NCBI GenBank assembly: GCA_965248575.1
Contig: CBDFJQ010000002.1
Coordinates: 1,312,001 to 1,376,000, forward strand
DNA: 64,000 bases
Source: Planctomycetota bacterium
GTDB lineage: Bacteria; Planctomycetota; B15-G4
Direction of reading: 5' to 3'
The notes below the pieces were generated by a model. The model was given only the letters and a program-made list of their open reading frames with translations, searched no databases and was not told the DNA's origin. This document shows, in pieces, positions 1 through 7,574 of the stretch. The position numbers were made by a program, and so were the translations under genes. Positions within the stretch are counted from its first letter, which is position 1, and each line of letters begins with the position of its first letter.

Positions 1-7
1 GCCCATC

Positions 8-745
8 ATGAAGCGCGGCGACCTGCGCGAATTCTCCTTGCTCGCGGAGCAGCACTACAGGCGCGCGCTCGATGCCGACCCGGGGCGTGTTGGTCTCCAT
101 CACGGCCTGGGAACCCTCTCCGCGGCCATGGAGAACCACTTCCAGAATGAGAACCCGCAGAAGACTTTTGGTGACGCCTATCGTTGCTTCAAGCGCGAAT
201 TGGAACGTCACCCAAGCCACGGACCGAGTCATCGGGATGTAGGCCGCCTGCACCTCCTCTGGGAGCAATGGCCCGTCGCCTTGGAGCACCTGCTCAAGGC
301 CGAGGCCTTGGGCTGCTTCGACGGCGAGAGTCTGGCTGCCATTGCACGCATCTCCGTCGACGAGCGCATCAAGGGGCATACGCCCTTCGTCATTGCCGGA
401 CAGACTCAACCGGTGTTCGATCTCAAACGCGGGGGGCTCTATGCCCAACGCGCTGTGGAGCTCGACGCGCAAAACCCGAACGTCCTGAGCTTTGCCTCCG
501 ACGTGTCGTACATCCTGGGAGACTTCGAGCGCGCCGTCGAGCTGCTCGAGCAGGTCATCCCCCTCCAGCCCTGGAAGCACGCGCAGCTCCAGGCGCGCAT
601 GGAGGCCTTCCGGCTGCGAGCCCAGCAGATCGAGGCCGCCCGCTCACAACCACAAGAGACCGGAACTCCTGACGCCCCCGAGGGTTCCACACCAGAGGCA
701 GAACCCACCGAGACTGTCACCGACGACGCTGAGCCCCTCCCATGA
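8..745 (+). CDS. Tetratricopeptide-repeat protein, probably 5'-truncated at the window edge
   Basis: Helical TPR-like repeats (AEQHYRRALDADPG, AQRAVELDAQNPN, LGDFERAVELLEQVIPLQP) and an acidic/Pro-rich tail. Stop overlaps the next start (ATGA). Confidence 0.7.
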   Translation: MKRGDLREFSLLAEQHYRRALDADPGRVGLHHGLGTLSAAMENHFQNENPQKTFGDAYRCFKRELERHPSHGPSHRDVGRLHLLWEQWPVALEHLLKAEALGCFDGESLAAIARISVDERIKGHTPFVIAGQTQPVFDLKRGGLYAQRAVELDAQNPNVLSFASDVSYILGDFERAVELLEQVIPLQPWKHAQLQARMEAFRLRAQQIEAARSQPQETGTPDAPEGSTPEAEPTETVTDDAEPLP

Positions 746-2271
746 CCCGAGCACGCCGATCCCCCGGGCTCCTGCTCCTCGCGGCTTTCGCCCTCCTCGG
801 CTGCCAGGCCGATCCCGAGCCCGAGCAGGCCCGAGCGCCGTCGCCCGACCTCGTGCTGATCGTGGTGGACACCCTGCGCGCGGATCGCCTCTCCGCCTAT
901 GGGTATGAGCGCCCCACCTCACCCTCCCTCGACCGCCTCGCCGCCGAGGGCGCCCTGTTCGAAGACGTCACCTCGCAGTCTTCGTGGACCCTGCCGTCCA
1001 TGGCTTCCATGCTCACCGGGCGACGGGTGTTCGTGAATGCCAAGCGCATGCCCGCGGACGTCCCGGCCGTCGCTGAGCATCTGCAGGCTGCGGGCTACGA
1101 GACCGTGGCCTTGCTGGGGAACCCAGCCCTGTCGACCCCGGGCACGGGCTATGGCCGCGGCTTCGATCACGTGCTCGACCGTGACACCACCGGCCACGGA
1201 AACTGGGATGCCAAGGACCTCGGCGCCGCGCTGGATCAATGGTTGTTGGAGCACCCGCCTGGGGATGCGCCGCGCTTCTACTACCTGCATTTCCTGGACC
1301 CTCATTGGCCCTACGAGCCGGAGCGCACAGAGAGCCTGCCAGGTGACGTACGCGTCCAAGACCACGTCCTGGAATCCTGGGTGGACGAAGCGCGAACCAA
1401 TGACGTCGTCCGTGAGTCCTTTGACAAGGAACGGCGAGCCATCATCGACTGGCTGGATGCCTACGATCACGAAATACTGAACGTGGATCGGGAGATCGAT
1501 CGGCTCCTAGGTCGACTCGCCCGTCCCGAGCGGGGACGGCTGATGGTCCTGGCCTCGGATCACGGGGAGGGACTCTGGGATCACAAGCACCACACCCTGC
1601 TCGTGGAGCGCGACCAGCCCCCCGAGCAACGCACGCTCTCCAACGTCTTCTTCCGTGACCACAGCTACCACATGTTCCAGGAGCTGATCTTCACGCCGCT
1701 GATCGTCCATGGACCCGGCTTCGAGGGCGGCCATCGCATTCAACGCGCGGTGGAGAACGTCGACATCGCCCCCACCTTGCTGCGCGCGGCGGGCCTGGAC
1801 ATACCAGCAGACCTCGACGGCCAGGCCCTTCAAGACGTCGTCGCGGGGACGGCACCCGACAAACCCTACGTGTTCAGCCACAGTCAGGAGGCCACGGTGG
1901 TCCGGCGCACGAGGGATGACTTGAAGCTCATCTTTGGGACACCCACCGGCGACTTCTACGGCCTGCCACTCATGTTGTTCCAACTCGGATCCGATCCTCA
2001 CGAGGTCAAGAACCTCGCCAGTCGCACAGAGACTGGCACCGACGTGGAGGATGGTTATCTCAGCGAACTGCGCACTCTCATCGCCACCCGCGAACGGATG
2101 GCACGTGAGTTCGACCTCTATCTGGAGGGCGACGCTGAGCAGGCCAATTCGGATCAACTCGAAGTGCTTCGCAGTCTCGGCTACATCGACCTGGCGGATA
2201 ATCCCATCCCGACAGATCAAGGCGAGCCCGGCCCGGAGACTTCCAACGATCCCTCGGCTGACAGCCACTGA
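742..2271 (+). CDS. Sulfatase-like / alkaline-phosphatase-superfamily lipoprotein
   Basis: Lipobox LLGC; motifs LIVVDTLRAD, WTLPSMASMLTG, HFLDPHWPY, SDHGE, VDIAPTLL, DPHEVKNL and C-terminal LRSLGYI. Confidence 0.85.
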   Translation: MTRARRSPGLLLLAAFALLGCQADPEPEQARAPSPDLVLIVVDTLRADRLSAYGYERPTSPSLDRLAAEGALFEDVTSQSSWTLPSMASMLTGRRVFVNAKRMPADVPAVAEHLQAAGYETVALLGNPALSTPGTGYGRGFDHVLDRDTTGHGNWDAKDLGAALDQWLLEHPPGDAPRFYYLHFLDPHWPYEPERTESLPGDVRVQDHVLESWVDEARTNDVVRESFDKERRAIIDWLDAYDHEILNVDREIDRLLGRLARPERGRLMVLASDHGEGLWDHKHHTLLVERDQPPEQRTLSNVFFRDHSYHMFQELIFTPLIVHGPGFEGGHRIQRAVENVDIAPTLLRAAGLDIPADLDGQALQDVVAGTAPDKPYVFSHSQEATVVRRTRDDLKLIFGTPTGDFYGLPLMLFQLGSDPHEVKNLASRTETGTDVEDGYLSELRTLIATRERMAREFDLYLEGDAEQANSDQLEVLRSLGYIDLADNPIPTDQGEPGPETSNDPSADSH

Positions 2272-2352
2272 ACCGCACGCTCAGCACGGCGGTTCCCTGA
2301 GAGCACCTCCACCGCGTCGTCCGTTCTCCCATCAGTTCCCGGACCGCACGGA

Positions 2353-3087
2353 GTGAAGCCTCAGATGGACGTCAAGAAGTCAGGACTGTTCGCCCTCGTG
2401 CTGTTGGCAGGCGCTGCCGTGGGAGCCATCACCAACGGCCTGTTGAATCTGGGTGACGAGGTCACCGGTTCCATCGACGACTACGGCCAGGAGGACACCT
2501 ACCTCTTCAGCGCCGTCAAGGACACCAAGGTCACGATCATGGCCCGGGCCTACGGTTACCCCAAGTCCCTGAAGCCCCGAGTGCGGGTGACCGACCTGAC
2601 GACCAACAGCGTGCTGGTGGATGCCAGCACCAACCAACTGGTCTACATCAAGAAGCTGCCGCTCCCGAGCACCGGCGAGTACATGATCACGATCAGTGGC
2701 GCCCAGGACACCCTCGGCGGCTACAAGCTGAAGACCGCCGAGAAGCTCAGCTGGCTGGGCATCAACCAGAAGGACTTCGTGGTGGTGCCCGGTGACGGAG
2801 GCGTCCTGGAAGTGGGCTTCGATGCAGCCGCTGGCTGGGCCATGGACGCCCGATTCGAAGTCAAGTCGGCCAACCCGATCATGACTTCGCCGACCCTCAC
2901 GTCGCCCAGCGGAATCGACCTCGACCTCGGGCAGTTCCTGCAGGTGATCGGGCCCAACCTGAAGATCCTCGACGTGCCGCTGCCTGAGCTGGGAACCTAC
3001 CAGCTGACGGCGACAAACGTCGGCCTCACCGGCCTGGTCAAGTGGCGGGTGAAGCTGGACCCCAAGGGCCCTGACGACAACGATTGA
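2353..3087 (+). CDS. Secreted protein with pre-peptidase C-terminal (PPC)-like beta-sandwich domains
   Basis: Signal peptide; PPC-like patterns GSIDDYGQEDTYLF and LPSTGEYMITISG, with a second repeat ending LPELGTYQLTA. Start may be ATG 2365. Confidence 0.6.
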   Translation: MKPQMDVKKSGLFALVLLAGAAVGAITNGLLNLGDEVTGSIDDYGQEDTYLFSAVKDTKVTIMARAYGYPKSLKPRVRVTDLTTNSVLVDASTNQLVYIKKLPLPSTGEYMITISGAQDTLGGYKLKTAEKLSWLGINQKDFVVVPGDGGVLEVGFDAAAGWAMDARFEVKSANPIMTSPTLTSPSGIDLDLGQFLQVIGPNLKILDVPLPELGTYQLTATNVGLTGLVKWRVKLDPKGPDDND

Positions 3088-3115
3088 CGGGCGGGGGGCT
3101 GCCCGTCCTCTCCGC

Positions 3116-3165
3116 CGCCGTCTCGCCGCGAGCCAGCCGATATGGGCTCGCGGCAGAGATGGCGG
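3116..3165. other. Long imperfect inverted repeat between the convergent PPC gene and the tRNA-Sec 3' end
   Basis: ccgccgtctc-gccgcgagcc ... ggctcgcggc-a-gagatggcgg; no U-tract. Confidence 0.6.
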
Positions 3166-3256
3166 GAGCGCATGGGAATCGAACCCACCCGGGAAGTGTT
3201 TGGCCTCCCAATCTGGATTTGAAGTCCAGTAGGCACACCAGCGCCTTGCCGCTCCC
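3160..3256 (-). tRNA. selC: tRNA-Sec (anticodon UCA)
   Basis: Reverse complement folds as acceptor GGGAGCGG/GCGCTCCC, 6-bp D stem AGGCGC-TGGT-GTGCCT, anticodon arm CTGGA-CTTCAAA-TCCAG, 7-bp variable arm, T arm GTGGG-TTCGATT-CCCAT, G discriminator and encoded CCA. 97 nt; near selA and selD. Confidence 0.97.
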
Positions 3257-3411
3257 TCACATCTGCGTGCGAAGTGTAACGGGCCGAGATCCACCCGGTC
3301 TAGTTCGGAAGGGTCAGCACCCGGTGCCCGACGGCCGATCGAGCGGGATCGGACCCGTGCCACGGCAGGGGCCCGACGGTAGGATGCGGCGGCTCCCCGC
3401 CGGAATCCTCG

Positions 3412-4116
3412 ATGCCCCCCTCTGCTCCCGACCCCCAGTTCCGCTCTGCCCTGCTCGCCAAGCGCAAGGGCAAGCTGGATGAAGCCCTCGCCATTCTCGA
3501 GGGCATGCTGAAAGAGAACCCCGATCACACGGATGCCCTGGAGGTCCTGGGCATGATGATCTCGGAGCAAGGCGACCTGGACCGCGCCATCGAGCTCACG
3601 ACCAAACTCGTCGCCCTGCAGCCGCAGTCCATCATGGCCCACGCCAACCTCTCGCGCTTCTACATGCTCAAGGGCGACAAGGAGACGGCCGAGGACTGGC
3701 AAGGCAAGGCGCGTGTCCTGGGCTGGAAGGAAGAGGTCGGACGCAAGGCCTCCGCCGCGGGCGGGGTGAGCGGCATGGACGCAGGCGTCTCCCCAGACCT
3801 CGTGGAGAAACAGGAGCACGCCGTGGAGTCCCGGCCGGACGACGTCATGGCGCGCATGGCCTTGGCCTCCAGCTATCGCAAGCTGGGTATGCCGGTCAAG
3901 GCCGTGAGCCACCTGCAGCACGCCCTGGGCCTGGACGGCACCCTGTCCACCCTCTACCTGGAACTGGGCAAGAGCCTCGAGGAGGCCAACATGGGTTCGG
4001 ACGCCGCCGAGGTCTATCGGCGCGGCGTCCCCATCGCAGACAACAAGGGTGACTTCATGCCGCGCAACCAGATGGCAACACGCCTCGCGCAACTCGAAAA
4101 GCGCACGGAGAGCTGA
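3412..4116 (+). CDS. Tetratricopeptide-repeat protein
   Basis: Several TPR motifs (GKLDEALAILEGMLKENPDHTDALEVLG, GDLDRAIELTTKLVALQPQSIMAHANLS, LYLELGKSLE). Confidence 0.85.
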   Translation: MPPSAPDPQFRSALLAKRKGKLDEALAILEGMLKENPDHTDALEVLGMMISEQGDLDRAIELTTKLVALQPQSIMAHANLSRFYMLKGDKETAEDWQGKARVLGWKEEVGRKASAAGGVSGMDAGVSPDLVEKQEHAVESRPDDVMARMALASSYRKLGMPVKAVSHLQHALGLDGTLSTLYLELGKSLEEANMGSDAAEVYRRGVPIADNKGDFMPRNQMATRLAQLEKRTES

Positions 4117-4121
4117 GAGTC

Positions 4122-5000
4122 ATGCCCGCCGAAATGCTTCGCGGTGCCCCGATAGCAGGGGCCCTTCGCAAACAAGTCCTCGCCGCCCTGGAGGGCGACG
4201 GCCCCACACCTTGCCTGGCCAACATCGTGGTCGGTGAGAATCCGGCTGCCGGCTCCTACCTCGACTCGCTGGACAAGGCCGCCAGCAAACGCGGCATCCT
4301 GACCCGTCGGATCCAGCTGGATCACGACGTCTCGGAAGAGGCGCTGTGCGAGAGCGTCGTGGAGGCCGGGCGCGATGACGGCATTCACGGCCTCATGATT
4401 CAGTTCCCGTTGCCGGCAGGAATGGACCGGCAGCGCGTGACCGACCTGATTCCCGCTGCTAAGGATGTGGATGGCCTCACGACGCAATCCCTTGGTTCCG
4501 TGCTGGCGGGAAACCGTCGGCACACGGCCCCTGCCACGGCAGCCGCTGTCGTCGAGGTGCTCTCCTCGGATGAGCGCCTCGACCCGTCCGGGCGTGACGT
4601 CACCATCGTGGGTCGCAGCCTGGTGGTGGGCCGCCCCCTCGCGGCCATGCTGTCCGCCCCGGTCTCTGGCGGACAAGCCACGGTAGACCTATGCCACAGC
4701 CGCACCCAGGACCTCAGCGCCCACACGAAGCGAGCGGACATCGTGGTGATGGCCGTAGGCCGCCGGCACATGCTCACTCCAGACATGGTCAAGCCGGGCG
4801 CCATCGTCATCGATGTGGGCACACACCCCATCGAGCGCGACGGCAAGTGGACCTTGGACGGCGACGTGCATCCCGATGTCGCCGGGCAGGCGGGCTTCAT
4901 GACGCCGGTGCCGGGTGGCGTCGGCATCGTCACGACGGCGATCCTCATGCGTCATGTGACGGCCGCTGCACGCCAGGCTTGCTTCAGCCCGACGTGGTGA
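4122..5000 (+). CDS. folD: FolD-family methylenetetrahydrofolate dehydrogenase/cyclohydrolase (variant)
   Basis: Motifs GLMIQFPLP, KDVDGL, VGRSLVVGRPL, VKPGAIVIDVG and TPVPGGVG. Confidence 0.92.
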   Translation: MPAEMLRGAPIAGALRKQVLAALEGDGPTPCLANIVVGENPAAGSYLDSLDKAASKRGILTRRIQLDHDVSEEALCESVVEAGRDDGIHGLMIQFPLPAGMDRQRVTDLIPAAKDVDGLTTQSLGSVLAGNRRHTAPATAAAVVEVLSSDERLDPSGRDVTIVGRSLVVGRPLAAMLSAPVSGGQATVDLCHSRTQDLSAHTKRADIVVMAVGRRHMLTPDMVKPGAIVIDVGTHPIERDGKWTLDGDVHPDVAGQAGFMTPVPGGVGIVTTAILMRHVTAAARQACFSPTW

Positions 5001-5023
5001 GCCGGGGACAGGCCCGCAGCGCC

Positions 5024-6475
5024 ATGCGCCATGCGGCGTGGCTGCTCAGCATCCTGCTCCTTTGTAGCGCCGCGGGTGTGCTGCCCTCAGCCCACACAGC
5101 AGGCGACGGTGCCGCAAGAGAAGCGCTCAAGGAATACCGCAAGCTCGACCGCAGCCAGGACAACTCCCTCAACGCCTTGCTCGCTCTGCAGGATCTAGCT
5201 GCCCACGATTCGCCTGTGATCGTCGATGCCATGCTGCATGAGCTGAGTGGGGCGCGCATCGAGCGCTACCGCACGGCCCGCAGGGTACTCGAGGGCTTTC
5301 GCGATCCGCGCACGCTGAACCATCTCATCAAGGAGGGCGTCGGCCACCCACGCCCCGAGGTGAGGGCTCAATGCCTGCTTGCCCTGGGCTCCGGTCGCCC
5401 CAGCTCGGTGGATTGGATCCCACCCACCGAAGCAGCCTTGGATGACCGCTTCGCCATCGTCCGGGCCGCTGCCGTGGAAGCGCTCGGCCTCGCGCGAGCG
5501 AGCGGTCGCCTCGGCCGCATCCTCGAACTCGCAGACGACCCCTCGGTGCGCGTGCGCCAGCAGGTCCCGGAAGCCCTGGTGCGTCTCGCGCCCCATCGCG
5601 CTTCTGCCATCCTCCCGACCTTGGCGGCCGACAGCAGCTGGCGCGTGCGCGCCTCCGCTGTGCGAGCGTTGGGTAGCTTGCGAACACGCGACTCCGTGGA
5701 AGAGTTGGTGGCGATCCTCGATCGGGAGGTCGGTCGGATCCGCGAAGATGCCTTGGACCAGCTCCGCCACTTGACCCGCCAGGACTTCGGCCTGCACGTG
5801 GACGCCTGGGAGCGCTTTCTGGAGCTGGCGCCGCCAGACTTCCTGAGCACGCCGGACGAAAGTGCCGTGGCAACGTCATCCGGAAGCGTCGTGTACTACG
5901 GCCTGACCTCTCACAGCACACGTTTCGTGCTCGTGACCGACTTGTCGACAAGCATGACGACCATCGAGCGGACGACCTATCGTTCAAAGATCACGGCGAG
6001 CCGGCTTCAGCTCACGAAGGATCAGATGGAGTCCCTCGTCGAAGACCTCGGCGAAGACGTGGCCATCAACCTCGTGACCTTCAGCGACAACGCGGAGGTC
6101 TGGCAGCGCAAGCTGCTCACCATGAACAAGAAGGGGCGCGCCAAGGCCCTGGCGGAGATCGAGAGCTACAGCCCCCGGGGCGGGACGAACCTCTTCCATG
6201 CGTTGAGCACCTGCTTCGAGATGGCCGCTGACTCGCTGACGAAGCCCGAGCTCGAAGACTCCACCCCAGACACCATCTTCCTGCTCACGGATGGCGAGCC
6301 GAGCGTTGGCACCATGCTCGACACATCGGTGATCCTAGAGTGGGTGGAAGAACGGAACCGCGAACTTCAGGTGCGCGTTCACTGCATCGCCTTGAACACC
6401 CAGCCCCGGAGCAGGGACTTCATGTCACGCCTGGCGCGCATCACCTCGGGTCAGTACGTCAACCCCTTCGATTGA
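5024..6475 (+). CDS. Secreted HEAT-repeat + von Willebrand factor A domain protein
   Basis: Signal peptide MRHAAWLLSILLLCSAAG; HEAT repeats (VRAAAVEALG, DSSWRVRASAVRALG); MIDAS elements DLSTSM, GGTN and FLLTDGEP. Alternative GTG start at 4997 overlaps the folD stop. Confidence 0.85.
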   Translation: MRHAAWLLSILLLCSAAGVLPSAHTAGDGAAREALKEYRKLDRSQDNSLNALLALQDLAAHDSPVIVDAMLHELSGARIERYRTARRVLEGFRDPRTLNHLIKEGVGHPRPEVRAQCLLALGSGRPSSVDWIPPTEAALDDRFAIVRAAAVEALGLARASGRLGRILELADDPSVRVRQQVPEALVRLAPHRASAILPTLAADSSWRVRASAVRALGSLRTRDSVEELVAILDREVGRIREDALDQLRHLTRQDFGLHVDAWERFLELAPPDFLSTPDESAVATSSGSVVYYGLTSHSTRFVLVTDLSTSMTTIERTTYRSKITASRLQLTKDQMESLVEDLGEDVAINLVTFSDNAEVWQRKLLTMNKKGRAKALAEIESYSPRGGTNLFHALSTCFEMAADSLTKPELEDSTPDTIFLLTDGEPSVGTMLDTSVILEWVEERNRELQVRVHCIALNTQPRSRDFMSRLARITSGQYVNPFD

Positions 6476-6518
6476 GCGACATCAGCGCTTGAACGACGTC
6501 GCAGACACGGCCCGAGCC

Positions 6519-7574
6519 TCAGGGATTGAGCCTCACGCGTGAGGCACCGGTAGCCGCTGCAACGTGGCCGATGCACGCCGCGGGCAGCGCGCGCTTCGAC
6601 AGCTCTTGCTCCAGCTGTGCGGCTGCAGCTTCCGGGACGGAGATCAACAAGCCGCCCGAAGTCTCGCTATCAGCGACGAGCAGCACGAGGACCTCTTCAA
6701 CCCCTGGGTCTGCGACGAAGGCCTCACCGAGGTGTGCCCGGGTGCGTGCCGCGCCCCCCGAAACGAAGCCCTTGGACATGAGTCGCACGGCACCTTCGAG
6801 CAAGGGCAGCGCCTGGGCAGAGAGCACCACATCCACACCACTGGCCGCTGCCAGCTCATGGGCGTGCCCCGCCAACCCGAAGCCCGTCACATCCGTGGCG
6901 GCCTTGACGGAGCAGGCCTTCATGGCCTCGGCAGCCGCCGCGTTCAATGCCCCCATCTGATGCATGGCCTGGTCCAGCTCTTCGGGTGTGGTCTTTTTCT
7001 TCCGTGCTGCGGTGGTGATGCAGCCGGTCCCCAAAGCCTTGGTGAGATAGAGGCGGTCTCCGACCTGAGCCCCGCCATTGGTGACCTCCTCGCCGGGCCG
7101 GAGGGTGCCCGTCACGGCCAAGCCGAACTTCACCCCTTCGTCCGAAACCGAGTGCCCCCCCATGGTCACCGCTCCGGCTTCGCGAACGGCGTCCTCACCG
7201 CCCTTCAAGATCTCACCGAGCACGTCCATGGGAAGCGCATCGTTGTTGAACACGACGATGTTCAGCACGCTCAGGGGTTTCGCCCCCATGGCGTAGAGAT
7301 CCGACAGCGCATTGGCCGCGGCGATGCGTCCAAACCACCACGGGTCGTCGACCACGGGTGGAAAGAAGTCCGTGCTCTGGACGAGGGCCAACTCGTCGTT
7401 GACGGCGATCACGCCGGCGTCATCGAAATGAGAGGACCCGACCAGCAAGCGCGGGTCGTCCTGCTTCGGCAAACATGAGAGGACCTGCACGAGGTCCTGC
7501 GCGGGAATTTTCGCAGCTCAACCGGCGGAGTTGGCGTAGTTGGTGAGTCGCACTTGGCGTCCTGACAAACTCAT
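6519..7574 (-). CDS. selD: Selenide, water dikinase (selenophosphate synthetase), Sec-containing via UGA readthrough at codon 19
   Basis: From ATG 7574 the frame reads MSLSGRQVRLTNYANSAG-(TGA)-AAKIPAQDLVQVL and runs into the 6519..7490 ORF (DDAG, TDFFPPVVDDP, AANALSDLYAMG, GGHS, TDVTGFGL, ETSGGLL). The start overlaps the selA stop. Confidence 0.95.
7480..7498 (-). promoter_or_regulatory. Candidate bacterial SECIS hairpin in selD
   Basis: The mRNA has a perfect 7-bp stem AGGACCU-CGUGC-AGGUCCU starting 19 nt after the UGA, with GU in the loop. Confidence 0.75.

Noticed and set aside
1..3160. Genomic island or prophage integrated at the tRNA-Sec 3' end
   Set aside because: No integrase, no direct-repeat copy of the tRNA 3' end seen in the window, and no obvious compositional shift. 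A boundary beyond the window cannot be excluded.
6519..7490. selD as a truncated gene or pseudogene
   Set aside because: The interrupting TGA sits exactly at the Cys/Sec catalytic position, with a SECIS-like hairpin, selA and tRNA-Sec nearby.
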